The notes: generated by a model from the sequence alone, not told the origin. A stretch of 61,299 nt of DNA from Crocinitomicaceae bacterium (GCA_020832365.1 JAFIEX010000001.1:1-61299), one strand, 5' to 3'. Positions 1 to 9,866 are shown, numbered from the stretch's first letter. Program-made: numbers and translations.

Positions 1-1050
1 ATCACAAAACAATTGAATTTTTCTATTGGATAATAGGAAGTTGGCAAAATGTTCTCCGTACTCCTCAGCGATATAGGCTTTTATTGGTCGAAAAAAATTA
101 TCACTCCAAGCATTGTTGCGTTGTCGTATTTGACTTAGTCTAATTTTCTCATTTTTACTAAGTTTAATTTGTGCACTTTCTTTTGGGTCAATTAGCTTGT
201 TTTCAATTTCCTGACTAACCTCATGCTGCAAGATTAAAAGGTCATTCAAAAATGACTTTTTATCTATTAAACGGTGCAATTGTTGTATAAGCCTATCCTG
301 ATTAAATTGCTCATCCTTGGCAAACGAAAGCGCGATATCTTTCCGCAATACGCGATAGGCGGGTCTGTTAATCAAAGCGGCGTGTTTGTCAATAATGGTA
401 AGTAGTTTTGTTAGTCTACTCCATTCAACGGCGTTCATTTCTTTCCTGTATTTTTGAAAATTCGCTGTTGGCTCAACATTGTTATCATAGATTCGGTTGG
501 TAAAAAAATCCATCTCTTGCAGTAACCAATCCTTTCTGTTAAGTTGGTTTAGCGTTGCATCAATACTTTGATATAAGCTGGGTAAATATTGAACATCCTC
601 TGCTGCGTATTGCAACTGTTTTTCTGTTAAGGGCCTTAAGCACCAGTTGCTTTTTTGCTGGCTTTTTTCTTTTGAATCTGTTATTCCAAGCGCAGTATCC
701 AGTGATACTTGTGGCAAGTTAATAATGCTTCTAGCAATGGCGATATCGTATAGGTTTTTAGGAAAACAGCCCAAGTGCTGTAACAGGCGAATATCTTCAC
801 CAAAGGCATAGCAAACTTTTAATATGTCTTTGTTTTGAAGTATTTCATAAATAGGCTGAAGACTATCAATAGCCAAGGGGTCGATAAGGTAATTGGTATT
901 TCCATCATTGACTTGGATCAGACAAAGGTTAAATCCAAAATGGTAATGGTTTTTATCAAACTCTAAGTCTATGTAAATGGTTTTTGAAGCACTTAATATT
1001 GGAACAATCGCAGACAATTCTGTTTCTAACGTAATATATTTGGTTTTCAT
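1..1050 (-). CDS. rnd: Ribonuclease D-like 3'-5' exonuclease (DEDDy family); 3'-partial, runs off the left edge
   Basis: Absent from the ORF track because there is no stop inside the window. I translated the minus strand from the ATG at 1050 (MKTKYITLETELSAIV...). It stays open for all 350 codons to position 1. Motifs: IYIDLEFD (Exo I), CYAFGEDIRLL (Exo II), KSNWCLRPLTEKQLQYAAEDVQYL (Exo III, Y-x3-D). Confidence 0.65.
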   Translation of the reverse strand, partial: MKTKYITLETELSAIVPILSASKTIYIDLEFDKNHYHFGFNLCLIQVNDGNTNYLIDPLAIDSLQPIYEILQNKDILKVCYAFGEDIRLLQHLGCFPKNLYDIAIARSIINLPQVSLDTALGITDSKEKSQQKSNWCLRPLTEKQLQYAAEDVQYLPSLYQSIDATLNQLNRKDWLLQEMDFFTNRIYDNNVEPTANFQKYRKEMNAVEWSRLTKLLTIIDKHAALINRPAYRVLRKDIALSFAKDEQFNQDRLIQQLHRLIDKKSFLNDLLILQHEVSQEIENKLIDPKESAQIKLSKNEKIRLSQIRQRNNAWSDNFFRPIKAYIAEEYGEHFANFLLSNRKIQLFCD

Positions 1051-1054
1051 CCTA

Positions 1055-2023
1055 TTATTTATCTCGAATGATAAGGTACTTTGCTAACTCCTCCAAAACT
1101 TGCTTGTTCTCTGAAGGGATACTAACATTTCTCAATGCTTCCATAGCTTTAATGTAGAACTTATCCATTTCTTTTTTTGTTAATAAAGGGATATCAAGTT
1201 CGTTAAATAGTGCTTTGGCTAAACTTATTTTATCCTCTTTATCAGTTGTGTTTTTCATTACTTCAAATCGCTCAATTTGTTCATTATTGCAACAGGAAAC
1301 AGCTGTCAGCCAAAGAAAAGTTTTTTTATTTGAAAGGATATCTCCTCCAACTTGTTTACCAAATTTATCAGGATCAGCATATAGGTCTAAATAATCATCT
1401 TGCAACTGAAAAGCAATACCGATGTTTTCTCCAAATTGATAGAGATGATCAGCATCTGATTGTCCAGCACCGCCAACAATTGCACCCATTTTGAGCGCAG
1501 CACCCAATAAAACGGATGTTTTCAAACGTATCATTTCGATGTAAGCTGAGATGGTAACATTATCAGAGCTTTCAAAATCCATATCCATTTGCTGACCTTC
1601 ACAAACTTCTATTGCAGTTTGAGAAAATACGTTCATTAATTCCTTTAAAACGTTAGCTTCGTATTGCATTAACTGTTTATAAGCTTCCACGAAAAGTACG
1701 TCACCAGATAAGATAGCAATATTTGAATTCCATTTTTCATGAACAGTTGCCATGCCTCTTCGCAGAGGTGCTTCGTCCATAATGTCGTCATGAATTAAAG
1801 TGAAATTATGAAAAAGCTCAACACTCATGGCGGCAGGAAGAGCCTTTTGATATTCACTGTTAAAGAGTTCACAAGCAAGCAAGGCCAGAACGGGTCTTGT
1901 TCTTTTACCTCCGAGTTGTAAAAAGTAATGAAGTGGATCGTAAAGGTTCTTTGGATTATCGGGAAGTTCAAATTGTTGAAGCGCTGTTTCGATTTGAGTA
2001 ACGTACGGTTTTAAAAATTCCAT
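1055..2023 (-). CDS. Polyprenyl (isoprenyl) diphosphate synthase family protein
   Basis: 322 aa. Carries the two Asp-rich motifs of trans-prenyltransferases, LIHDDIMDEAPLRRG and FQLQDDYLD. ATG checked at 2021-2023. Confidence 0.85.
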   Translation of the reverse strand: MEFLKPYVTQIETALQQFELPDNPKNLYDPLHYFLQLGGKRTRPVLALLACELFNSEYQKALPAAMSVELFHNFTLIHDDIMDEAPLRRGMATVHEKWNSNIAILSGDVLFVEAYKQLMQYEANVLKELMNVFSQTAIEVCEGQQMDMDFESSDNVTISAYIEMIRLKTSVLLGAALKMGAIVGGAGQSDADHLYQFGENIGIAFQLQDDYLDLYADPDKFGKQVGGDILSNKKTFLWLTAVSCCNNEQIERFEVMKNTTDKEDKISLAKALFNELDIPLLTKKEMDKFYIKAMEALRNVSIPSENKQVLEELAKYLIIRDK

Positions 2024-2079
2024 ATTAAACTATTGTTTTGGAGATTAACAACATTTCTTTGATATTGTTAATTTGGGAC

Positions 2080-4968
2080 TTAATTACTTTCATTTGGTTT
2101 GTTAGCGTTAGGATTAGCGCTATGGTCCAATTTTGTTTTAGGATCTATTTGTAAATGTTCTAAATCTATATCTTCATGTTCGTCATAAATCGTAATAAAT
2201 GGTTCACGAAAAGCTTTTGTAGCAATTCGATTTTCTAATGTCAGTAACAAAGAAGGGAGCACAGCTAAATTGGTAAGCATTGCTACTAATAACGTTAATG
2301 AAACTAATAAGCCTAGTGCTTTTGTCCCTCCGAATTGAGAAAGTGTAAACATGGAAAAACCGAAAAACAGCACAATAGAAGTGTAAAACATGCTTAGACC
2401 AGTTTCTCTCAAGGCATTTAAAACGCAAGAGCGTAAATCATACTGTCTAACTTTTAATTCTTGGCGGTATTTCGCCAAAAAATGTATCGTGTCATCCACA
2501 GAAATACCAAAAGCAATGCTAAATACTAAAATAGTAGAAGGCTTGATTGGGATACTAAAAAAGCCCATAATTCCAGCTGTAACTAGCAATGGAATGAAGT
2601 TCGGCACTAAGGAAATCAGAACCATTTTCCATGATTGAAATAAAAAGGCCATTAAAATAGCAATGATAAAGACAGCTATTATCAAGCTGGTTAAAAGATT
2701 TTTCACAAGGTATTGCGTTCCTTCGGCAGCAACTACTGATGTTCCGGTTATAAAAAACTCAAAATATTCTCGGTCTATTGCACTGCGTAAAAATCCTATA
2801 AAATCATCATCAGAAATATAGGACCAAATCAAGTCTGGATCCATGTCGAAATTGTAGCGTAATTCGTCATCATCTCCAGCTATTGCGTGTGTGAGGTTGT
2901 TTCGATAACTTGGTGTCAGGTGAAAAATGGAATCCAAATAAGCGGTGTTCCCGGCCTTAAATCGCTCAAAATAGAACTCAGTATTTGTGCGAAGCGGGTT
3001 TAAAATACTATCGATTTCTTTTGATAAATCTTGTACTTTGTCTGCCATTTCATAGGAGCCTATGTCTAGTACTTGCAGTCTGATCCGCATAGTTGTATTA
3101 GTCGTATCGACTAGTTCTTTCATTTCGAAAGCAAAATTGAACTTAGGGTATTCTGTGCTAATTAATTTTTGAATGATTTTATTGGCTGTTTTATTGCGAT
3201 ATAACTCTTGAATAATAGAGTCTTCAATAAAGGAGCTCTGATTAAGGTCTGAATTGTTTTTGAATAGATCTGGGTAATTGCGAACGAGTGAGTCTATATA
3301 TCTTGTGTTTCCTGCTTGAAGAGAGTCATTATAACGATGTATTCGCGAAGTTTTAAAAACATCATCTTGGTATTTTTGCACATAATTCCCAAGTCGTCTA
3401 AGGTCTTTTCGAGCAATTAATTGGTATTTTTCTGGGTCGTTACCATAATAGGCCATGTTGATGGTTTTCATGAAATCCACCATCGAGATAGATTTACTGA
3501 AAAGCGTGTCCTTGGTTAAGAGTTCTTGAACCTGTTCAATTTTATTGAGTAAATTATTACTGAATTTTCTTCCGTCTTCTTTATAATCAATAATAATTTC
3601 AAAAGGAATGGCGCCACCGAAGTTTTCCTGAATGAATTCAATGTCTTTTAAAATAGGATCATTGGCGGGCAAATCGCTTGTTAGGTTTCCAGTTGCTTCA
3701 ATTTTTGTCATTCCAAAAATGGCAAGAGCAACAATAATAATCGCAACAGAATAAACTAATGGTCTTCTAAAATCGGAAAGATAAACAAGTTTTTCGATTA
3801 CTGCCTTGATGTAATTTTTTTCCAAGTGCTTCAAATGCTTGTTTTTGGGAGTAGGTGCAATAGAAAATACGATTGGTATAATACATATCGAAAGTAAGAA
3901 CACCATTAATATGTTCAATGAAGCTATGGTTCCAAATTCAATCAGCTTTTCAGAATTAGTAAATATAAAGGTAGAGAAACCAAGCGCAGTGGTCAGGTTT
4001 GTCAAGAAAGTGGCATTACCTACTTTTTGAATTACTCGAGATAAAGCCTTGGTTTTATTGCCATGGTCTTTGACTTCTCTGTGAAATTTAGTGAGTAAGA
4101 AAATACAGTTCGGTATCCCGATTACAATCATTAATGGCGGTATTAATGCCATAAGAATCGAAAGATTAAAACCAAATAAACCTATAGAGCCAAGCGACCA
4201 AATTACAGCTGTAAATACGACAATATTGCAAAAAAGAACAACGCGCAATGAACGGAAAAATAAATAGAGTAATAGGGAGGTAACTAAAATGGCAAGTCCA
4301 ATGAAAATGTACATTTCATTCACTACTCTTTTGCCAATCACTACACGGATGTGAGGTAATCCTGCAAAATGCATTTTACCAAAATAGGGTTCATATTGTA
4401 TCGCTAAATCTTCGATATCCAATACGAGGTTGGATTTTTTTTGATCACTGAGGTAATCTTCGTCAATTGAAACCATCATCAAAGAGACATTGGTTGCCTT
4501 ATTGAATAAGATTTTATCGTATATCGGAATTGATCTTAATTGTTTTTTAATTTCATCTATACTTTTTGATTGAAACGTAGTGTCTTCGAATATGCGATGC
4601 GCCTCAAATTTACCTTCTTCAGTATTGTTGTATATCTGAACTAAATCTGATTCATTAATAACTTGTAAAACTCCGGGAAATCCCTGTATTCGACTACTGA
4701 GCTCTCGCCATTTCAAAAAGTTTTCTTCCGTATATAATTGGTCGGATTGAACGGCTATAACCAAAGTACCTCCATCTTCCCCGAACATTTCTTTGAATTT
4801 CAAATAAGTGGATTGCGCTGGAGACTTTTTGGGAAGCATATTCCCATATTTGTTATCGAGCTTTAAAGAAGTAATAGCAAAATAACCAAAAAAAACAGTG
4901 AGCAGTCCTATACCTATCAGTATGGGTAACTTATTACGGAGTATAATTTGTGAAAGCTTAAACCACAT
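2080..4968 (-). CDS. MMPL/RND-superfamily membrane exporter (two sterol-sensing-like TM bundles)
   Basis: 962 aa. An N-terminal TM is followed by a soluble loop, a TM block (about res 215-375), a second TM, a roughly 330-aa loop and a second TM block (about res 765-935). This is the MMPL/HpnN-like layout. Confidence 0.8.
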   Translation of the reverse strand: MWFKLSQIILRNKLPILIGIGLLTVFFGYFAITSLKLDNKYGNMLPKKSPAQSTYLKFKEMFGEDGGTLVIAVQSDQLYTEENFLKWRELSSRIQGFPGVLQVINESDLVQIYNNTEEGKFEAHRIFEDTTFQSKSIDEIKKQLRSIPIYDKILFNKATNVSLMMVSIDEDYLSDQKKSNLVLDIEDLAIQYEPYFGKMHFAGLPHIRVVIGKRVVNEMYIFIGLAILVTSLLLYLFFRSLRVVLFCNIVVFTAVIWSLGSIGLFGFNLSILMALIPPLMIVIGIPNCIFLLTKFHREVKDHGNKTKALSRVIQKVGNATFLTNLTTALGFSTFIFTNSEKLIEFGTIASLNILMVFLLSICIIPIVFSIAPTPKNKHLKHLEKNYIKAVIEKLVYLSDFRRPLVYSVAIIIVALAIFGMTKIEATGNLTSDLPANDPILKDIEFIQENFGGAIPFEIIIDYKEDGRKFSNNLLNKIEQVQELLTKDTLFSKSISMVDFMKTINMAYYGNDPEKYQLIARKDLRRLGNYVQKYQDDVFKTSRIHRYNDSLQAGNTRYIDSLVRNYPDLFKNNSDLNQSSFIEDSIIQELYRNKTANKIIQKLISTEYPKFNFAFEMKELVDTTNTTMRIRLQVLDIGSYEMADKVQDLSKEIDSILNPLRTNTEFYFERFKAGNTAYLDSIFHLTPSYRNNLTHAIAGDDDELRYNFDMDPDLIWSYISDDDFIGFLRSAIDREYFEFFITGTSVVAAEGTQYLVKNLLTSLIIAVFIIAILMAFLFQSWKMVLISLVPNFIPLLVTAGIMGFFSIPIKPSTILVFSIAFGISVDDTIHFLAKYRQELKVRQYDLRSCVLNALRETGLSMFYTSIVLFFGFSMFTLSQFGGTKALGLLVSLTLLVAMLTNLAVLPSLLLTLENRIATKAFREPFITIYDEHEDIDLEHLQIDPKTKLDHSANPNANKPNESN

Positions 4969-5026
4969 TTGTTTTGAAATCCAACCAACAAAGATAGTCT
5001 TTTGGACGGTATAAAGAGATTAATTC

Positions 5027-6307
5027 TTACTGAATGGCATTTTTTAAAGCGAGCCCAAAACGATAAACATCTTCAAAAGAGTTGTAAAGCGGCGCAGGAG
5101 CTACTCTAATTACATTTGGCTCCCTCCAATCTGCAACGACACCTTGTGCACTTAGCGCTTCAAAGAGCTTCTTGCCTTGCCCATGTGCGAGAATGGAAAG
5201 CTGTGACCCTCGTTTTGAAGGATCTTTAGGTGTAATTATTTCGAAATCTACTTTACTAGTATTGCTAGAGATGTCGGTTATAATGAATTCCAAGTAACCT
5301 GTTAAAAGCTCTCTTTTTTTAGAAACAGCTGTCATTCCAGCTTTGTCAAATAAATCAAGAGCTGCGCGATGTGCTGCCATTCCGAGAACTGGAGCATTAC
5401 TTAATTGCCAGCCTTCTGCACCAGGAATAGGTTGGAAGTTTTTCTCCATTTTAAAGCGCACGGACTTATCATGACCCCACCACCCAGCAAATCTTGGAAG
5501 CGCTTTGTTGTGTGCGTGTTTTTCATGTACAAATAATCCCGATACGCCTCCAGGGCTACTGTTAAGGTATTTATAACTGCACCATGCTGCAAAATCCACT
5601 TGCCAATCATGTAATTTTAGTTCAACATTACCCGCTGCGTGTGCTAGGTCAAAACCAACAATGGCACCTTGTGCATGACCAGCAGTAGTTATTTTCTCCA
5701 AATCAAAAAATTGTCCCGTATAATAATTCACCCCTCCAAACATTACCAATGCTAATTCGTCTCCAGCCTCTTCAATTGCTGAGAGAATATCCTCTTCTCG
5801 AATGAGATGTTCTCCTGCTCTTGGCCCAACTTCGATGATTCCATCAGCTGGATCTATACCATGAAAGGCAACTTGAGAGGCGAGGGCATATTGGTCAGAA
5901 GGAAATGCTTTTGCCTCACAAATAATTTTATAACGTGTTTCAGTTGGTCGATAAAAGGAAACCATGAGCAGGTGTAAGTTCGTTGTAAGTGAATGGGTAA
6001 CCACTACCTCAATGGGTTTAGCACCCGCAATTTTAGCTAATTTTTCAGTTAATAGTTCGTGATAGGAGTACCAAGGATTTTTAGCTTCAAAATGCCCTTC
6101 TACTCCCCATTTTGCCCAATCATCCAATTCCTGCTGTATGTATTTAGCTGTTTGTCTTGGTTGCAATCCAAGCGAATTACCAGTAAAATAAACCACTTCA
6201 TTTTCGTGGAAAGTTGGAAAAAGAAATTCCGCTCTAAACTTTCTGAGTGGATCTTCTTTATCCATGTTTTGAGCAAAAGCAAGATTGTTTTGGTATGAAT
6301 TGGACAT
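5027..6307 (-). CDS. kynU: Kynureninase
   Basis: 426 aa. FTGNSLGLQP near the N-terminus and CSYKYLNSSPGG (PLP-lysine motif) match kynureninases. Length is typical. Confidence 0.9.
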   Translation of the reverse strand: MSNSYQNNLAFAQNMDKEDPLRKFRAEFLFPTFHENEVVYFTGNSLGLQPRQTAKYIQQELDDWAKWGVEGHFEAKNPWYSYHELLTEKLAKIAGAKPIEVVVTHSLTTNLHLLMVSFYRPTETRYKIICEAKAFPSDQYALASQVAFHGIDPADGIIEVGPRAGEHLIREEDILSAIEEAGDELALVMFGGVNYYTGQFFDLEKITTAGHAQGAIVGFDLAHAAGNVELKLHDWQVDFAAWCSYKYLNSSPGGVSGLFVHEKHAHNKALPRFAGWWGHDKSVRFKMEKNFQPIPGAEGWQLSNAPVLGMAAHRAALDLFDKAGMTAVSKKRELLTGYLEFIITDISSNTSKVDFEIITPKDPSKRGSQLSILAHGQGKKLFEALSAQGVVADWREPNVIRVAPAPLYNSFEDVYRFGLALKNAIQ

Positions 6308-6478
6308 AAATTATTTTTTGCGGCTAAATTACAATTTTCTTCAAAACCCAATAATGCCCATTTGCTAATCTTTGTTTCAGACTTGCTGTTATGAAGATCA
6401 TTTTGTTACACAGTTTTAAGACCACTTTACTTTAAATGTTTAAGACATGATTCACTTCGTTGTGCATTGTGGCATATC

Positions 6479-7255
6479 CTATAGGTCCTCCACCAATCCA
6501 TCCCATTCTACAAGATGCATTTTGACCGTTCCAACAGGAATTTTAGCTTTAACAAGAAGCGGAATTCTGTTTCTATCGTTGGTGACCCAGAATTGCACAT
6601 CTTCATCATTTTCGAAGTATCGCCCTTCCTGCACCACAGGCACAAATTTCATACACTCAAACTTTCCTTTTCTAATTTTTACCTCTTCAATACCTTCAAA
6701 TCTAATGTGTAGCGGGTAAACTTCATCGTCCATAAAGCATTTAAAGGTGGTAACATCTCCAGGCTTCATGCTGCCAAAATCCAAGGTGCGGGCATAGTAA
6801 AATGAAGATAGCATATCCTGCACGCCCAATGGGACATCAAAGATTTTTTTACCCGTATCAACCTTTTTTTGGTCCTGCATAAAAGTATAGTCTTGACTTT
6901 TCTTGTAGCTTCCTTCTTGAACCCTTCGAACAAAATACCAAGGAAAAACACCCTCAGTGTCTAGATAAGATTCATACTTATCACGCACTTTGAAAAAAGC
7001 ATTAAATGCGCCTAGCGTTCTGCCTATACCCTTAACGTGAATCAACTCTCTAGCGTTAGCACCTTTTTTATGCGTTGCATTGACCGTAAGTATGGCTTCT
7101 CCAGCGTCTACAAAGCCATAAGATACTTTATAGCGCAACATTTCACCAACTTGGAAACTCTTAAATTTCGCTTTTGGATAAACCACATGGGATGAGCTGC
7201 TCATTAAAAGTAGACTTAAAATCGATAATCCCAATACTGTTACTAATGTTTTCAT
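6479..7255 (-). CDS. DUF3108-like secreted protein
   Basis: 258 aa with a signal peptide. Beta-rich sequence with the Bacteroidota DUF3108-type opening (EMLRYKVSYGFVDAGEAILTV). Family assigned from memory only. Confidence 0.55.
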   Translation of the reverse strand: MKTLVTVLGLSILSLLLMSSSSHVVYPKAKFKSFQVGEMLRYKVSYGFVDAGEAILTVNATHKKGANARELIHVKGIGRTLGAFNAFFKVRDKYESYLDTEGVFPWYFVRRVQEGSYKKSQDYTFMQDQKKVDTGKKIFDVPLGVQDMLSSFYYARTLDFGSMKPGDVTTFKCFMDDEVYPLHIRFEGIEEVKIRKGKFECMKFVPVVQEGRYFENDEDVQFWVTNDRNRIPLLVKAKIPVGTVKMHLVEWDGLVEDL

Positions 7256-7412
7256 GGTGAACTATTTGTTGATTAAATTACAATAATTTTGCCAAACTTG
7301 GAAAGGTTTTGAGAAATTAATAGAAACATTCTTTAATCATATACTTGTCCGCTGTATTGCTATACTAATCGAAAAAGTAACAAATATTACGTTAGATGAA
7401 TTTCGGAAAGTT

Positions 7413-7420
7413 TATCTTTG
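7413..7420 (+). promoter_or_regulatory. -7 box TATCTTTG upstream of the DUF983-trxA pair
   Basis: Perfect TAnnTTTG only 4 nt before ATG 7425, which implies a leaderless or near-leaderless transcript. Confidence 0.45.
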
Positions 7421-7424
7421 TATC

Positions 7425-7832
7425 ATGGGATTGAAAGGTAATAGATTATACAGTATTTTCAAAAATCGGTGTCCGGTTTGTCACGAGGGTAAAGTGTTTC
7501 AATACAATAAATATTTTCACCCCACAAAATTTGATAAAATGCTTGATCGTTGTTCTGAATGTGGACACAAATATGAGATAGAAACTGGTTTTTTCTACGG
7601 GGCGATGTATGTTGCATATGCTTTATCTGTTGCTATTTCTGTGGCGGCGTTTTTGTCGACCTATTTATTATTCCCTGAGACACCTTATTGGGCCTATATC
7701 ATTATTGTACTGTTGAGTTTAGTTGGGATGGCTCCAATTACTTTTAGAGGTGCACGACTAATTTGGATTAACTTTTTCAGCAGTTATAAGTCAGATGCTA
7801 TAGATAAATTCAAAAAACAAAATAATGAGTAG
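7425..7832 (+). CDS. DUF983-like zinc-ribbon membrane protein
   Basis: 135 aa. CPVCHEG...CSECGH zinc-ribbon followed by two TM helices. The stop overlaps the trxA start. Confidence 0.6.
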   Translation: MGLKGNRLYSIFKNRCPVCHEGKVFQYNKYFHPTKFDKMLDRCSECGHKYEIETGFFYGAMYVAYALSVAISVAAFLSTYLLFPETPYWAYIIIVLLSLVGMAPITFRGARLIWINFFSSYKSDAIDKFKKQNNE

Positions 7833-8124
7833 TTTTAAGGATATTATCAAAGGTGAAACACCTGTTTTAGTTGATTTTTATGCAACTTGGTGTGGACCTT
7901 GCCAAACGATGATGCCAATTATCGATGAGGTAAAATCAGCTTTGGGTGAAGGTGTTCGCGTGTTAAAAGTTGATGTGGATAAGAATCACGAAGCTGCTGC
8001 GAAGTATAAAGTTCGTTCAGTACCTACACTGCTCCTTTTCAAAAATGGAGAAATTGTTTATCGCGGAGCTGGTTTGCATTCCAGAAACGATTTGATTAGC
8101 TTGATTGAAAAGCACAAGGACTAA
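7825..8124 (+). CDS. trxA: Thioredoxin
   Basis: 99 aa with the WCGPC active site and a thioredoxin-fold sequence. ATG 7825 overlaps the upstream stop TAG at 7830-7832. Confidence 0.9.
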   Translation: MSSFKDIIKGETPVLVDFYATWCGPCQTMMPIIDEVKSALGEGVRVLKVDVDKNHEAAAKYKVRSVPTLLLFKNGEIVYRGAGLHSRNDLISLIEKHKD

Positions 8125-8350
8125 AATAAAGGAGGTTTCATATCTATTAAATGTCGTCCTTTTATCCTTTTTATAGATTTACTGACTTATAAATATGTCA
8201 TTTTGTTCAGTTTTTAACCTTCCTAAATCACAATATATTTAAAGTAAATAATTGAAAATCAAAGTATTAACAATCTTTAACATGACATTTTGTATCGAAA
8301 TAATGACATGGCGTTAATATTGGTGTGTTATTTTAGAAAATATAAAGGTT

Positions 8351-9823
8351 ATGAAAAATAAATTGCAAGTAGTTTTGTTAGGTGTTTTAGGAGGTTTTTT
8401 GCCGTTAATGGGTTATGTCGCGTTTAGTAAAAGCGGTAAGATGTCCCCTGACACTTATTATACAGAAAGAGGAGTTGAGGCACCAGTTCATCAAGTAAAT
8501 ATTCCTCAATTTAATCCTGATTTCACCAATGACTTTGTTACTGCGAGTGCTAAAACAGTTCATTCTGTAGTTCACGTTACTACAAAAGTGGTTAGAACCA
8601 CCATGCAACGCGATCCATTCTTTGAATTCTTCTATGGTCCAGGTGCTGGCGGGAGAGAGCGCAAACACTATGGGCAAGGTTCTGGTTCGGGAGTTATCGT
8701 TTCTGAGGACGGCTACATTGTTACCAATAACCATGTTATAGAAGACGCAAAAGAAATAGAGGTTACTTTGAACGATAATTCTACTTATGCTGCTGAAATT
8801 GTAGGAACAGATCCTTCAACAGATTTAGCAATCTTGAAAATTAAGGCCATTGGCTTATCTCCCATAAATTTTGGAAATAGTGATGATATTCAAGTAGGGG
8901 AGTGGGTGTTAGCTGTTGGAAATCCATTTAACCTAACCTCTACCGTTACAGCAGGTATTGTATCAGCTAAGGCGAGAAATATCAACATCATTGGGAGTAG
9001 AAATAGAGATGTTGTGCCGATTGAATCTTTCATTCAAACAGATGCAGCAGTTAATCCAGGTAATTCAGGAGGGGCGTTAGTTAATACACAAGGTGAGTTA
9101 ATTGGAATCAACACGGCTATTGCATCTCAAACAGGTAGTTATGCGGGATATGCCTTTGCTGTGCCGTCTAAATTAGTTAGAAAAGTAATGACGGACTTGA
9201 TAGATTTCGGAATAGTTCAGCGAGGATTTCTTGGTGTTCAAATTATGGAAATCAACCAGAAATTAGTAGACGAGAAAAAGTTGAAAGACACAAGAGGTAT
9301 TTACGTAGCTGGCGTGAATGAGGATTCCGGAGCCGCTTTAGCAAAAATTAAGGAAGGAGACGTGATCCTTAAAATTGGTTCAAGAGAGGTCAATACGCCA
9401 TCTCAATTACAAGAGGAAATTGGAAAGCGCAGGCCTGGTGATAAAGTAGCTATTACTATACGAAGAGGAACAGAAGAGTTGGTAAAAGAAGTACTGTTAA
9501 AAAACATTGATGGAACTACGGAGCTAATATCTAAGGAGGAATTGGAAAGAAATTCGGCCTTGGGGGCAACATTTGTAGAGCTAACCAAGGAAGAGAGAAA
9601 GGAATTGAATACAGACCATGGGGTAAAAATCAGCAGTATATCAACTGGTAAACTAAAAGCTTTGGGCTTAAGAGAAGGCATGGTCATTACGAAAGTAAAC
9701 AATGATAAAGTGCGCTCAGTTGAGCAGTTAACTACCTTTTTTAAGAATAACCAAAATAAAGGAGTGTTGCTTGAAATTTTGACAGAAAGCGGCAAGAAAG
9801 ATTATGTAGGTTTTGGACTCTAA
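8351..9823 (+). CDS. htrA: HtrA/DegP-family periplasmic serine protease with two PDZ domains
   Basis: 490 aa with an N-terminal anchor. Catalytic contexts TNNHVI, DLAILK and GNSGGAL, followed by two PDZ-like segments. Confidence 0.9.
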   Translation: MKNKLQVVLLGVLGGFLPLMGYVAFSKSGKMSPDTYYTERGVEAPVHQVNIPQFNPDFTNDFVTASAKTVHSVVHVTTKVVRTTMQRDPFFEFFYGPGAGGRERKHYGQGSGSGVIVSEDGYIVTNNHVIEDAKEIEVTLNDNSTYAAEIVGTDPSTDLAILKIKAIGLSPINFGNSDDIQVGEWVLAVGNPFNLTSTVTAGIVSAKARNINIIGSRNRDVVPIESFIQTDAAVNPGNSGGALVNTQGELIGINTAIASQTGSYAGYAFAVPSKLVRKVMTDLIDFGIVQRGFLGVQIMEINQKLVDEKKLKDTRGIYVAGVNEDSGAALAKIKEGDVILKIGSREVNTPSQLQEEIGKRRPGDKVAITIRRGTEELVKEVLLKNIDGTTELISKEELERNSALGATFVELTKEERKELNTDHGVKISSISTGKLKALGLREGMVITKVNNDKVRSVEQLTTFFKNNQNKGVLLEILTESGKKDYVGFGL

Positions 9824-9840
9824 AGGTATGTTTGAATTGA

Positions 9841-9866
9841 AAACCCGTCGAGAGACGGGTTTTTTT
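9841..9866 (+). terminator. Rho-independent terminator after htrA
   Basis: Stem ACCCGTC/GACGGGT, loop GAGA, followed by T7. Confidence 0.85.

Noticed and set aside
4576-4583. 7/8 near-matches to the operator arm inside or next to unrelated genes: CGTAGTGT 4576-4583, CTCAGTGT 6953-6960, TTTAGTGT 15622-15629, CTAAGTGT 51231-51238, CAAAGTGT near 26140, ACACCAAG near 23141.
   Set aside because: None has a matching partner arm at N7. All but 15622 are within coding sequence. This number of one-mismatch hits is expected by chance.
5027-6307. A functional link between kynureninase and the kynurenine cofactor of MbnP-type proteins.
   Set aside because: Kynureninase acts on free kynurenine in tryptophan catabolism and NAD synthesis. 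The MbnP kynurenine is formed in situ on the protein. The genes are 11 kb apart in different operons, so I regard this as coincidence.
8405-8734. Antisense or nested ORFs listed in the track inside well-supported genes. Examples: 1210..1494, 2204..2428, 2390..2638, 3839..4030, 5401..5610, 6059..6351, 6447..6951, 8405..8734, 9403..9795, 10114..10758, 11098..12207, 13018..13203, 17777..18096, 20187..21513, 24067..24255, 26366..26679, 27939..28441, 29522..30178, 33151..34616, 39098..39997, 45585..46614, 47612..48250, 50520..51101, 58772..59096.
   Set aside because: Each lies wholly inside a longer ORF on the other strand or frame that has clear family motifs. Their translations are low-complexity with no recognisable motifs. 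I treat them as shadow ORFs typical of AT-rich DNA.
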